A stretch of 63,801 nucleotides of DNA, the filler included, from Licmophora abbreviata (lineage: Eukaryota): NCBI GenBank assembly GCA_900291995.1. It is 26 parts of 26 records of this genome, joined end to end, with 100 filler letters (N's around TTAATTAATTAA, not from the genome) between each part and the next. Parts side by side here need not be neighbours in the genome. Positions count along the whole stretch, not along the records: positions 39,904 to 41,078 come from OLMU01002181.1; positions 41,179 to 42,531 come from OLMU01002182.1; positions 42,632 to 43,830 come from OLMU01002183.1; positions 43,931 to 46,692 come from OLMU01002184.1; positions 46,793 to 48,630 come from OLMU01002185.1; positions 48,731 to 51,246 come from OLMU01002186.1; positions 51,347 to 52,798 come from OLMU01002188.1; 19 more parts are not named here. One strand, written 5' to 3'. The notes beneath the pieces were generated by a model. It saw only the letters and a program-made list of their open reading frames with translations, ran no database searches and was not told where the DNA came from. Position 1 is the stretch's first letter; each line of letters opens with the position of its first letter. Made by a program: the position numbers and the translations under genes. Below are positions 40,389 to 52,156 of this stretch, in pieces.

Positions 40389-41078
40389 ATGCCGATGGAA
40401 TCTGAACCACTCTTTCCGCCTCTTGCCCGCGATGCGCTCTCGCAGCGTATTGCCCGCATCCTGGCCGATGCCATCGTGTCCGGGCAGCTCAAACCCGGTG
40501 ACAGGGTGGCCGAATCCGTGATCGCCCGCGATCTCGGCGTCAGCCGTGCGCCCGTCCGCGAGGCGGGCCGGCTGCTGGAAAGTGCGGGGCTTCTGGTCTC
40601 CAAGGCCAATCGCGGGTTCTTCGTGCGCACCATAGATGCCGAAGACCTCGATGCTCTGTATGAGCTGCGCCTGTGCATCGAACGCGAAGCCGCCGCCCGT
40701 GTCGTGCGCGAGGGCAGGCTGGCCGACATCCTCGATCCGCTGCGCGCGCTGATCGAACAGATGGTGGCCCTGTCTGACGAAAAAAGGCTGATGCACCAGA
40801 TCGTGGTCGATCTGCAATTTCACCGGCTGATCGTGGAGACCAGCGGCAACAAACGCTTTCTGGCGGTGTTCGACAAGCTGGCCTCTGAAATTCAGGCCTG
40901 CACCGCGCTGATCGAACGGGTGTTCGACGAGCCGGGGATGATCGCGCGCAATCACTACCTCATCATCGAGGCGCTCGAAACCGGCGATCCCGAACAGGCC
41001 CGTGCCGCGATGGATTACCATATCGGCGTCGCCCGCAAGGCCGTGGTCGAGCATTTCCGCAAGCTCGAGGCCGAAGGC
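40389..41078 (+). CDS. GntR-family (FCD) regulator, 3' end in gap
   Basis: IVSGQLKPGDRV..LGVSRAPVREA; DLQFHRLIV; H..IIEAL. Confidence 0.92.
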
Positions 41079-41178
41079 NNNNNNNNNNNNNNNNNNNNNN
41101 NNNNNNNNNNNNNNNNNNNNNNTTAATTAATTAANNNNNNNNNNNNNNNNNNNNNNNNNNNNNNNNNNNNNNNNNNNN

Positions 41179-41313
41179 CACCGGCAGGCCGCCGTCGATC
41201 AGTGCGCGCGCCAGCCCTTCGGCCCGCGTGGCATCCTCGATCACCAGAACCGGAATGACCGGCGCCAGCCCGCACAGGCGCCGGGTCTCGGCGCTGGCCT
41301 GCTGCGGGGTCAT
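41179..41313 (-). CDS. eda: KDPG/KHG aldolase, 5' fragment
   Basis: APVIPVLVIED..A..LARALIDGGLPV directly downstream of edd. Confidence 0.85.
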
Positions 41314-42800
41314 GACGTGCCCTCGCTCGGCAACAAGGGCGAGGCACCTTGCGTTGCCGGTCCCGCGCATTGCCGGAACAGCTCGAACAATTCCCGTCCG
41401 ATCCCGTGGGTGTTTGCGCTCAGATCGGGGCTTGCCGCGTCTCGCTCCAGCGCGCCATCGGTCAGCACCTCGAGCCGGCCCGCCTTGGCATCGACCCGGA
41501 TCACATCCCCATCCCGCAGCTTTGCCAGCGGCCCGCCAAGCGTGGCCTCGGGGCTGACATGCAACGCGGCAGGCACCTTGCCCGAAGCGCCAGACATGCG
41601 CCCATCCGTGACCAGCGCCACTTTCAATCCCCGGTCCAGCAGCACCGACAACAGCGGCGTCAGCGCGTGCAGCTCCGGCATCCCGTTGGCGCGCGGCCCC
41701 TGAAACCGGACCACGACGACGCAATCCTCGGTGAACTCACCTGCGCGGAACGCCTCTTTGACCGCCTCCTGATCGTGAAACACGCGGGCAGGGGCCTCGA
41801 CCACATGCAGATCGGGTGCCACCGCCGACACCTTCATGATGCCCGAACCCAGGTTGCCGCTCAGATCCTGCAAGCCGCCGGTGGCTTGAAACGGATCACC
41901 CACCGGGCGCAGGATTTTTTCGTTTCGGCTGTGATCCGGACCGTCGCCCCAAACCAGCGCATCCTCTCTCAGCGTCGGCTCTTTCGTGTAGCGCTCCAGC
42001 CCCGGCCCGGCGATGGTCTGCACATCCTCGATGCAGCAACCCCGCCTCCAGCAATTGCCCGATCATGAAGGCAAGCCCGCCTGCGGCGTGGAAATGGTTC
42101 ACATCCGCCAGCCCATTGGGATACACCTTGGCCATCAGCGGCGTCACCGCCGAGATGTCGGCGAAATCCTGCGGCTCCAGGATGATGCCCGCAGCACGCG
42201 CCATGGCTGGCAGATGCAGCACCAGGTTGGTCGATCCCCCAGTTGCCATCAGCCCCACCATCCCGTTGACGAAGGCGCGCGCGTCCAGCACCTCGGCCAC
42301 CGGGATATATTCGTTGCCAAGCGCCGTGATCGCCAGCGCGCGGGCGGTTGCCGCCCGGGTCAGCGCATCGCGCAGTGGCGTGCCGGGATTGACGAAACTC
42401 GCCCCTGGAAGATGCAGCCCCATGAACTCCATCAGCATCTGGTTGGTGTTGGCCGTTCCGTAAAAGGTGCAGGTGCCGGGCCCGTGATAGCTTTCCATCT
42501 CGGCGCGCATCAGCTCGTCGCGGCCGATCTCNNNNNNNNNNNNNNNNNNNNNNNNNNNNNNNNNNNNNNNNNNNNTTAATTAATTAANNNNNNNNNNNNN
42601 NNNNNNNNNNNNNNNNNNNNNNNNNNNNNNNCCTCGCTCATCGCGGCATAGGCATGGGCCTGGTTGCCGCAACTCAGATGCGCGCGGCGCGGGCCATCCT
42701 CGGCGGCCTTGCGGACCCGCTCGAGGTAGGGGCCGCGCGTCCGCGCCGAGCGGTCCCGGATACGGGCCGTGAGGGCGTCGATTTTGGGGTGCAGGGTCAT
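41310..42800 (-). CDS. edd: Phosphogluconate dehydratase (gap, plus apparent +1 frameshift near 42030)
   Basis: [57 protein letters not shown]. Confidence 0.95.
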
Positions 42801-42855
42801 GCTGGGTCCGGCTGAAGTGACGTTAGCGGTAACGTAACATCGCCGCGCGCCGGTT

Positions 42856-43830
42856 TCAAACCGATCCGAAGCGATCCGCGCGATAGGGGGACAGATCGAT
42901 ATTCGGCCCCGCCCCGCGCAGCAGGTCCGCCATGATCCTCCCCGTGCGCGGCGCCATCATGAACCCGTAATGCGAATGCCCGAAGGCCCCGTAAAGGCCC
43001 GGATGTCCCGGCATCTCTCCGATCACCGGCAGGCTGTCGGGAAAGGACGGGCGCACACCGCTCCATGTGGTGACCGCCGCGCTCCCCAGCCCCGGCACCA
43101 TTTGCCGCGCCAATCCGGCGATGGTCTCGGCGCGGCGCGGATCGGGCAGGGCATCAAGGCCTCCGAATTCCGCCGTGCCCGCGGCGCGCAGCCCGCCCTC
43201 CATGCTGCTTGCCACGAATTTGCGATCCGTATCCATCACCGAATTGCGCAAAGTCACGCCCGGATCGGCGAACATCACGTGATAGCCGCGCTCGGCCTCC
43301 AGCGGCAGTCTCAACCCAAGCGGCGCCAGAAGCCGCGCCGACCATGCCCCCGCCGACACCACGACCCGCGCCGCGTGCACCGTTTCGCCCTCGCATTCGA
43401 TCTGCCAGCCGCCCTCGGCACAGGGGCGCAGCGCGCGCACCTCGCGCTGCAGCACCTCGCCGCCCAAGGCCCGCAGCTTCTCCGCCAGCACTGCCATCAG
43501 CCGCCCCGGCGACAGCGCGCGCGCCTGTCCGTGCACCACCACCGCGGCGCGGAACTCGGGCGACAGATCCGGCTCCATCTCGCGCAGCGCGTCCGCCCCG
43601 ATCACCTCGACCCTTGCCCCGGCCATGCGGCGCAATTCGGCATCAAGCCCTCGGTCACTCGCCAGAGCGGGATCGCGATGGGCCAGCACATAGCAACTGT
43701 CGCGCACCAGTCTCTCATGGCCGGTGCCCTCGAGGTGGCGACGGTAAAGATCGACGCACCCCGCCGTCAGCCCGTCCATCGCCGCGGACACCGCCCTTGC
43801 GCGCGCCTCGTTGCCATTCAGCACGAAGCG
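42856..43830 (-). CDS. FAD-dependent oxidoreductase, D-amino acid dehydrogenase (DadA) family, 5' end in gap
   Basis: VVVSAGAWS, ERGYHV, RAAGTAEF, WSGVRPSFPDSLPVIG, FGHSHYG. Confidence 0.88.
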   Translation of the reverse strand, partial: RFVLNGNEARARAVSAAMDGLTAGCVDLYRRHLEGTGHERLVRDSCYVLAHRDPALASDRGLDAELRRMAGARVEVIGADALREMEPDLSPEFRAAVVVHGQARALSPGRLMAVLAEKLRALGGEVLQREVRALRPCAEGGWQIECEGETVHAARVVVSAGAWSARLLAPLGLRLPLEAERGYHVMFADPGVTLRNSVMDTDRKFVASSMEGGLRAAGTAEFGGLDALPDPRRAETIAGLARQMVPGLGSAAVTTWSGVRPSFPDSLPVIGEMPGHPGLYGAFGHSHYGFMMAPRTGRIMADLLRGAGPNIDLSPYRADRFGSV

Positions 43831-43930
43831 NNNNNNNNNNNNNNNNNNNNNNNNNNNNNNNNNNNNNNNNNNNNTTAATTAATTAANNNNNNNNNNNNNN
43901 NNNNNNNNNNNNNNNNNNNNNNNNNNNNNN

Positions 43931-46014
43931 CCCATCCGGTCGATGAAATAACCCGCCACCGCCGTGCCGATGGCAAAGACGCCCGCGGCACAGGTCAGCG
44001 ATACCTGCAGGAAGGACATCAGCGTGAAATATTCCGGCAGCACGATCAGGATCACCGGCGCATAGACAAAGACCATCGGCACCAGCAACTTGCCCAATCC
44101 CAGCGTGAAGGCATTCAGCCCCGTGCGGAACGGATTGGCGCCCGCGATTCCCGCCGCCGCATAGGCCGAGGCGCAGACCGGCGGGGTGATCTCGGATATG
44201 ACACCGTAATAGAGCACGAACATATGCGTCGCCAGCGGCGGCACGCCAAGCTGGGTCAGCGCCGGCGTCGCGACCGCGACCAGCATGATGTAAAGCGCCG
44301 TGGTCGGAAGGCCCGCGCCCATCAGGATGCACGCCATCGCAATCAGCACGAGCGAGATGAATTGCTGCAGCGCACTCAATGAGAACGCCTCGGCGGGGAT
44401 CCAGCCCACGAAGGGATGCAGCCAGGCGGCCATGTCGGCGGCCCCGTTGGTGACCATGAACCCCATGCGGAACCCGACGCCCGTGGTGTTGATGACCCCC
44501 ACCACGATCCCCACCGCGGCCGAGGCCGCGCCAACCGCCAGCGCATATTGGACACCCACATGAAAGCTGTCCAGCAAGTCTTTGAAATCCTTGCGTTCAT
44601 TGCGATGAAGCGAGCCGATGATCGTGAGCGCCGCAAGGATGCCTGCAAGCGTTGCGGAAAAGCCTTCGCCACTGGCGGGCGACGCTTTCCAGAAGATGAA
44701 GGCCAAGAGACCCAAGGGAATGGCCAGCGTCAGGGGGCGGTCAAAGCCACAGAAACCCACCACGATGCACAACAGCAGCCCCATGAAGGCGGCCATGTTC
44801 GGCGAATAGCCCGAAAACAGCACGATCAGCAGCGCGATCAGCGGAATGATCGTGTACCAGCCATCCTTCCAGACCTGCAGGAACTTGGGCAGCTCCTCCT
44901 TGGGATAGGCCTTGAGGCCCAGCCGTTTCGCGGTGAAATGCACGATCGACAACACGCCGATGTAATGCATGAGCGCGGGCACGATCGCCGCGATCACGAT
45001 GGTGGTATAGGGCACCTCCAGATATTCGGCCATCAGGAAGCTCGCCGCGCCCATGATCGGCGGCGTGATCTGGCCGCCTGCGGATGAGGCCGCCTCGACC
45101 CCGCCCGCGAAATAGCCCGGATAGCCCATCTTTTTCATGTTGGGGATGGTCAGCGACCCGGTCGAGACGGTGTTGGCGATGGAACTGCCCGAAATCGTGC
45201 CGAAAAACGCCGATGACACGACCGACACCTTGGCCGGCCCCCCGGTATAGCGCCCCGCCAGCATCATCGCGTTATCGACAAAGAACTGTCCCAGCCCCAT
45301 GCGCTGCGCCACCACGCCGAACAGCACGAAATGGAACACCACGGTCGAGACCACCCAGAGCGTGATGCCGAAAATCCCTTCCGAGGGGAAATACATGTTG
45401 TTGACAAACTGGTGCCAGTCCACACCCGGATGCTGCAGGATCTGTACCGGCATCGACGGGCCGAACAGGGCATAGCACATGAACACCACGATAATCAGTG
45501 GCAGAACGAAGCCGATGGTGCGCCGCGCGATCTCCAGCGTTGCGAAAATCAGGATGGTGCCAAGGATCACATCCGGCGTTGTCGGATTGCCCTGTCTCAG
45601 CGCCTGTTCGGGGATATCCAGACCGAACATGTCGAACCCGCGCCAGCTGATCCACAAAAACAGCGCTGCCAGCATCCCCGCCAGCGCGATGGCCCAGTCA
45701 TAGAGCGGCACATTGCCCGGCTTGAGAAGTCCCGCCCCCTCATAAGATAGGCTTGCCGGGGTCCGCTTGACTGGGAAATAAATGAAGATGAACAGGAACA
45801 GCCCTGCCAGATGGATGCCCATATGCACATGATCCACCGGCGTTCCGAACCCCGCGGTCCAGACATGATAGGCGGCAAACAGGATCGTGGCCCAATAGAT
45901 CGCAGTCTTCAGCGTCGGCCCGTTGTCGCGGGTATTGAGCGCGCTGTCATATTTCTTTTCCAGCTCTTCAAGCTGCCTTGCGTCCAGGGTCGAGGACGTG
46001 CGATCGCTGGCCAT
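43931..46014 (-). CDS. TRAP transporter fused permease (4TM/12TM), 3' end in gap
   Basis: GGPAKVSV, GTISGSSIAN, EAASSAGGQITPPIMGA, GAGLPTT, ITPPVC. Confidence 0.93.
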
Positions 46015-46125
46015 GGGGCGCTTCCTTGGCAATGATGTCGGGGGTAGGCCGAACGCGGCGCAGCGCGCCCGGCCCGAAAATCGGGCCAGCCCCTTGGGGC
46101 CGGCCCCTGCACGGTCAGAGCCGGT

Positions 46126-47232
46126 TCACTGGATCATGCCGGCTTCGCGATAGAAGCGCTCGGCACCCGGATGCAACGGCACGCCGATGCCGTCGACACC
46201 GTCAAGCGCGGTTTCCTTCGTGATGACCTTGGCCTTGGGGTGGCCATTGTCCAGCAGCTTGCGGGCGGTATCCGACCACAGCGCCTTGGTGATCTCATAG
46301 ATCAGCTCTTCGTCCTGATTGGCATTGGTGACAAGGATGCCCGACACCGCCAGCGTGTCCACATCGTAATCCACACCCGGATAGGTGCCGGCGGGAATCT
46401 GTGACTTGATGTAGTAAGGCACCGCCTCGTTTCCGGCGGTCAACTCTTCCTCGGACCAGTCATACAGCTCCATGCCCTTGGTGTTGTCGAGCTGGATCAT
46501 CGCGGCAACCGGCGTGCCCGCAGCATAGAAATAGGCGTCAAGCTGACCATCGGCCAAACGCTCGGCGCTCTGGGTGTTGTTCAGTTCGGCCTCTTCGATA
46601 TTGTCGCGGGTGATGCCTTGGGTCGCAAGGATCAGCTCGACCGCGATCTGCGTGCCTGATCCGGCCTGTGCGATCCCCACGCGCTTGCCTTCNNNNNNNN
46701 NNNNNNNNNNNNNNNNNNNNNNNNNNNNNNNNNNNNTTAATTAATTAANNNNNNNNNNNNNNNNNNNNNNNNNNNNNNNNNNNNNNNNNNNNCTCTCCAG
46801 CTTGGCGCCCTTGGGTAGCACCAGATGCAGGTCTTCGGGGAACAGGTTGGCAATCACCCGCAGATCGGGCTTGGCATTGCCCTCGAAGACACCTGTGCCG
46901 TTATAGGCGAAATGCAGCGTGGCGGCGCCCGTGAGGCCCGATTCCATCTGCCCGGCCTGCACCGCATTAACGTTATGCGCCGAGGCGTTGGTCGATTGCG
47001 CGATAGCCACCAGACCCGGCACGCCGCAATTGCCGCCCTCTTCGCAGGGGCGCGATCCGGGCGGGTTCGAGATGGCGTTGGCAATGATGCCGCCGATCGG
47101 GAAATAGGTGCCCCCGGCGCTGCCAGTGCCGATGCGGAAGAATTTCATGTCCTGCGCCACGGCGGGCAGGGCCAGCCCGATACCGGCCACCGTGGCGATG
47201 GCGATGTTTCTGAACGTTCTGGTATGTTTCAT
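46126..47232 (-). CDS. TAXI-family TRAP solute-binding protein (split by a linker)
   Basis: IGTGSAGGTYFPIG, GSGTQ, PAGTYPG, PLHPGAERFYRE. Confidence 0.93.
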
Positions 47233-47399
47233 GGGTTTTGGTGCTCCCTGAGAATAAGGTGATACGTCGCCGGTTTTCCCCGGCTTTTTGCACAGCAGTA
47301 CGGTCTTGCCGCCTGATGGTCTCAGGGTGCCAACTCAATTGCATAAACACAAATTCAAAGTTTATTGAATATCATAAAAAATCTTTATAATTATCACTC

Positions 47400-48350
47400 A
47401 TGAACATCGTGCAACTTTTCGCGTTTCGTGAAGTCATGCTGTCGGGGTCCGTCTCGCAGGCGGCGCGCAATCTGGGGCGCACCCAGCCCGCGATCAGCAC
47501 CGCCATCGCCGCCCTCGAAACCGAAGTGGGCATGCACCTCTTCGAGCGGCGCTCGCGCCGGCTCCATCCCGTGCCCGAGGCGCATTACCTTCTGGCCGAG
47601 GTGACGGACATCCTCGACAAGCTCGACACCGCACGCCAGAACCTGCGCAACCTCAAGGCGCTGACCCGGGGCGAGCTGCGCATCGTCGCCATGCCCGGCC
47701 CATCGGTGTTTCTGGTGCCGCGCCTTGTCAGCCGCCTGACCAGCGCGCACAAGGATATCCGCACCACGATCCTCACCCGCAGCTCGCCTCAGGTGCATCA
47801 GCTGATCTCGACGCAATCCTACGATCTCGGCATCGCTGATCTGGGGGCAAGGATCGGCGGCACCTCCCAGCTGGTCACGCCCTTGCCCACCTCGACGCGC
47901 TGCCTTTGCGCCGTGCCTGCCGCCGATCCGCTGGCGAGCCTTGATGTCATAACCCCTGCCGATCTCGATGGCCGCCCGATGGCCGCGCTGCATCAAAGTC
48001 ACTCCACCCACCGCGACACCCGCGCGGCCTTCGCCGCGGCAGGGGCCACGTTCGATCTGCGCTACGAGACGCAGTATTTCATCCCTCTTCTGAATTTCGT
48101 CGAACTGGGGTTGGCCTGTTCGGTGGTCGATGTGCTCAGCGCCGAAAGCTACCAAAGCTATCGCGGGGCGGATCAACAGGGCATCGTCTTTCGCCCGTTC
48201 CGTCCTGAAATCACCGTCGATTTTCATATCCTGACACCGGCGCACCGCCCGCCGTCGCATCTGGCCTCGGCCTTCATCGCTCTCTGGCAGGACGAGGTCT
48301 CGCAGATCAACGCAACGCTTCGCGACGGCGCGGGTGCGCCGCGCGCTTGA
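47400..48350 (+). CDS. LysR-family transcriptional regulator
   Basis: GSVSQAARNLGRTQPAIS..LETEVG..LFER; divergent from the TAXI gene. Confidence 0.93.
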   Translation: MNIVQLFAFREVMLSGSVSQAARNLGRTQPAISTAIAALETEVGMHLFERRSRRLHPVPEAHYLLAEVTDILDKLDTARQNLRNLKALTRGELRIVAMPGPSVFLVPRLVSRLTSAHKDIRTTILTRSSPQVHQLISTQSYDLGIADLGARIGGTSQLVTPLPTSTRCLCAVPAADPLASLDVITPADLDGRPMAALHQSHSTHRDTRAAFAAAGATFDLRYETQYFIPLLNFVELGLACSVVDVLSAESYQSYRGADQQGIVFRPFRPEITVDFHILTPAHRPPSHLASAFIALWQDEVSQINATLRDGAGAPRA

Positions 48351-48360
48351 CCATCATCAA
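48347..48360. promoter_or_regulatory. FNR/FixK-type box
   Basis: TTGAC-CATC-ATCAA versus consensus TTGAT-N4-ATCAA; overlaps the LysR stop codon. Confidence 0.4.
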
Positions 48361-48917
48361 TGCGGCGCGGCGCGACGTTTCCATCATGCCATCCAACCAG
48401 CATCAGCCGGTCCGCGAGCCGATCACCCTGCGGATCGCCCTGCGGATCGCGCGGCATCTGCCCAGATGGAGTCCACAGCCATGTCCCAAAAGACATCCGA
48501 TGCATCCACAGCCAGCCCCGGCCAGGCGCAAACCCCGGCCAGAACCACCGATATGTCGGGGCAGGGGGCGAGCCTGCTTCCCGGTCTCCGCCCCAAGATC
48601 GACCGCCTCTTTATCACGTCAGGATGACACNNNNNNNNNNNNNNNNNNNNNNNNNNNNNNNNNNNNNNNNNNNNTTAATTAATTAANNNNNNNNNNNNNN
48701 NNNNNNNNNNNNNNNNNNNNNNNNNNNNNNCCTCGCTCACCACTCAAGCGCGCCTTCAAGACCCGGCCACATAGCGCGCAGTCGGGGATCAATGCGGTGG
48801 CCCCGGTCATGGATCCTGCTCGTCCATATCACTTTCGAAACACGCTCGCGCCGGCCCCTCATGGCCCGCATGCGGTGCAATCCATCCCGCCACATCGCCG
48901 CTTTTCAGGACTTGGCG

Positions 48918-48931
48918 TTGCCCATGGTCAA
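48918..48931. promoter_or_regulatory. FNR/FixK-like box upstream of the BON gene
   Basis: TTGCC-CATG-GTCAA about 70 nt upstream of ATG 49004. Confidence 0.4.
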
Positions 48932-49003
48932 TGCCGATATCACCGGTCCGCCGCAGTCTGAGCCGTGCCGGACAACGGCTCTCTGATGACGGAGGATGAT
49001 GGC

Positions 49004-49651
49004 ATGAAAGACACTGATCTTCAGCAGGATATTCTGGACGCGCTCGATTTCGAGCCAAGCATCGACGCCGCCGATATAGGCGTTTGCGTGGACGAAGGTG
49101 TGGTCACGCTCACCGGGCATGTGACGACCTTCGCCGAACGCGCGACCGCCGAAAAGGTCACGATGTGCGTCAAGGGCGTGCGCGGCATCGTCGTCGATAT
49201 CGAGGTGCGCCCCATAGGCACGCACCGGACGGCCGATGACGATATCGCCAAGCGCATCCTGCACATATTGGAATGGAACACCTCGGTCCCGGAAAACGCC
49301 ATTCGGGTCAAGGTGCATAACGGCTGGGTGACGCTCAGCGGGGATGTCCAATGGAACTTCCAGAAACAGGCCGCCGCCCGCGCGATCCGGGGTCTGGCGG
49401 GAATGACGGGCCTGACCAACGCGATTTCGATCAGCCCCGCCTTCAGCCCCTCGGACGTGCATGAGCGGATCGAGAACGCGTTGCGCCGTGATGCCGAGCT
49501 TGAAGCCTCGGGAATCAGGATCACGGTCGAGTCCGGGCATGTGATCCTGTCGGGGCATGTGCGCCACATCAAGGAACGCCAGACCGCCGAGCGCGCGGCA
49601 TGGTCGGTGCCCGGTGTCAAATCCGTCGAGGATCGGATCTCGGTCTCCTGA
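49004..49651 (+). CDS. BON-domain protein (three BON repeats, OsmY-like)
   Basis: GVVTLTGHV, GWVTLSGDV, GHVILSGHV, AWSVPGVKSVEDRI. Confidence 0.92.
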   Translation: MKDTDLQQDILDALDFEPSIDAADIGVCVDEGVVTLTGHVTTFAERATAEKVTMCVKGVRGIVVDIEVRPIGTHRTADDDIAKRILHILEWNTSVPENAIRVKVHNGWVTLSGDVQWNFQKQAAARAIRGLAGMTGLTNAISISPAFSPSDVHERIENALRRDAELEASGIRITVESGHVILSGHVRHIKERQTAERAAWSVPGVKSVEDRISVS

Positions 49652-49792
49652 GCTTCGGTTCCCCGCACGCTCGCGCCCGGCAAGCGCATCATGGGCCGGC
49701 TCTAAGCCCGCGCTTGCCGGGTCGCCCGGGATCGCGGCGCGCCCATTCGGGCAGCGATCGTTCGACAAAATCTCACCAAAAAGTCAAAATTA

Positions 49793-50641
49793 TTGCAAAA
49801 TGCGATCATCGCTGCTTTGCTCGATACTGGCATACAACAGTCGACGAGGCGCAATTTGTCCGAAAATCAGACCGGCACGACCGTGCTTGTAGTGGAAGAC
49901 GAGCGTGATGTCCGTGCCTGCCTTCGCAGCGGCTTGCAGGATTGCGGCTTTGACGTGCTCGAAGCCGAGTCCCGTGAAAGTGCCCTCGACATGATCCGTC
50001 GCAATCCCGTGGATCTGGTGACGCTCGATCTGTGCCTGGGGTCTGATGACGGGCTTGATCTGGCGCGCGAGCTGCGCGAGGCGCGCAACGTGCCCATTAT
50101 CATCGTCACGGCGCTCGGCGCGCCTCAGGACAGGGTGCGCGGGCTGGAAAACGGTGCCGACGACTACATCACCAAGCCGTTCCACCTTTCCGAGGTGGTG
50201 ATGCGCATGACCAAGGTGCTGCGCCGCTACGAGCTCGAAGCCTCCGCCAGCGCCGACACCGGCCCCGACTTGCCTCACCTTTTGGATTTCGACCATTGCG
50301 TGTTCGACACCCGTCGGCGCTTCGTGCGCAAACTCGATGGTCGCTCTATCGACCTCACCGACACTGAACTGCGCCTTCTGGAACTCTTTGTCCGCCATCC
50401 CGGACGCGTGCTCAGCCGTGACGAGATATCCCTCGCGCTGCGCGGTCAGGCCTGGTCTCCGCTCGACCGGACGATCGATGGTCATGTCGCCCGCCTGCGC
50501 CGGAAGATCGACCCGGGCCATGACGAACCGCTGCTGATCCGCTCGGTGCGCGGCGTGGGCTATGTCTTCACCGGCGAGGTCTGTCCCGAGACGGGTCCCG
50601 ACGGTCCAGCGCCCGGCGCAATGCCCGCGCAAGATTGCTGA
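49793..50641 (+). CDS. OmpR-family response regulator (start uncertain)
   Basis: VVEDE, LVTLD, GADDYITKPF, DRTIDGHVARLRRKI, VRGVGY. Confidence 0.92.
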   Translation: MQNAIIAALLDTGIQQSTRRNLSENQTGTTVLVVEDERDVRACLRSGLQDCGFDVLEAESRESALDMIRRNPVDLVTLDLCLGSDDGLDLARELREARNVPIIIVTALGAPQDRVRGLENGADDYITKPFHLSEVVMRMTKVLRRYELEASASADTGPDLPHLLDFDHCVFDTRRRFVRKLDGRSIDLTDTELRLLELFVRHPGRVLSRDEISLALRGQAWSPLDRTIDGHVARLRRKIDPGHDEPLLIRSVRGVGYVFTGEVCPETGPDGPAPGAMPAQDC

Positions 50642-51846
50642 TCGGGTGGGGCTTGGGCAGGATCTCCACCGTCTCAAGCGTCTCATCGGCATTCTTGCGC
50701 AGGATCTGCGTGCTATCCGCCGTCGTCAGCAGCACCGCCATGTCGGGGTAATCGCGCCTCACCCTCTGAACCAGGGACAGCCCGCTTTCCGGACCGGGCA
50801 TCGCAAAATCCGAAAACACCAGATCCACCGGCTCGCCGCGCGCCAGCACCGCAAGCGCCTCGGTCGCGTCGCGTGCCTCTATCGCCACATACCCGAGGAT
50901 TTCCAACCGTTTGAGACCCGCCTCGCGGACATCGCGGTTGTCCTCGACCAGCAACACGACCTCGCCATGACCATGCATCGGCTCTGCCTCCGCGCCCGTA
51001 GCCGGCTCCTCGCCCTGCGCCTCGCCTGTGTCGCGCGGCAGAAAAAGCGCCACCTGCGTGCCTTTGCCCGGGTCGCTGTCGATCCTCATGAACCCGTCCA
51101 GCCGGCTGACAAAGGATGCCGTGCTGGTCAGGCCAAGCCCGGTGCCCCGGCCCTTGGGCTTGGTGGTGAAGAAAGGCTCCATCGCCTGCGCCGCCACCTC
51201 GTCGGACATGCCGGTGCCACTGTCGCGCATCTCGATGCAGACGAAANNNNNNNNNNNNNNNNNNNNNNNNNNNNNNNNNNNNNNNNNNNNTTAATTAATT
51301 AANNNNNNNNNNNNNNNNNNNNNNNNNNNNNNNNNNNNNNNNNNNNATATCGAACATCCCGAACTGCGCCGCCTGCGCCGCCAGCCTCAGGCGCGCTTCG
51401 CTCTCGCGCAGCCAGTGTTCGGTCCGCTTGCTGTCGGTGATATCCTGCGTGCAGATCGTCACACCGCCCGGCACTCCCGGCCCGTCATACCAGGGCTGAA
51501 CCTCCCAGCCGAGCCATTGCACCCGGCCATCGGGATGCACGATCCGGTCCTCGGCCCGGGCGACGCTCTCTCCGCTCAGGGCCAGTTCATGCGCGTGATG
51601 CCAGCGCTCCGGCAGGGCGCCGAACAGCTCGTAATGACACCGCCCGCGCAAATCCCCGTCGCCCAGACCGTGGCTCTCGGCCCAACGGCGGCTATAGGCA
51701 AGATAGCGCATCTGCCGATCCAGAACCGCCATCGCCACAGGCGCCTGTTCGATGAACGCAAAGGCCTGCGGCCCGCTCTCAAGCCGGGGCAGGTGGCCGC
51801 TGGCCGGGGTTTTGCCCTCGTGGCCGGGGTCAGGATCATCATCCAT
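50568..51846 (-). CDS. PAS-domain hybrid histidine kinase (middle in gap)
   Basis: PAS FIEQAPVAMAVLD; DSGTGM, EPFFTTK, GTGLGL; receiver LVEDN..VFSDFAMP. Confidence 0.9.
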
Positions 51847-52156
51847 GCTGTCTCACCTTCGGCTTCAGGATCGCGCGGGCCAGCCGTTTTCTCCCAGCCC
51901 CTTTTCTAATGGTAAGGCCGGGATCGTGCACAATTCTACACATTTCTGTTTTTGAATTCTTCATGATTCGCGCGTTCAGTAAATGGCGGCACATCGGGTG
52001 AAGGTGCCGTCTGCAAAACAGGGAGGGTGAATTAGACCGGCTAAAAACCGGTTTCCTTATGATCACTGGTGCGACATGCGCTTCATCGGATCATCCGGCT
52101 TGTGGCCGGGCTTTGTCCGCTGGAGTCATCCGCGCCGATTTTAGTCAGGGGGTGAC

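Noticed and set aside
48481..48627. Short ORF after the LysR gene and FNR-like box
   Set aside because: No recognisable motif or clear RBS, and it abuts a gap; cannot be supported.
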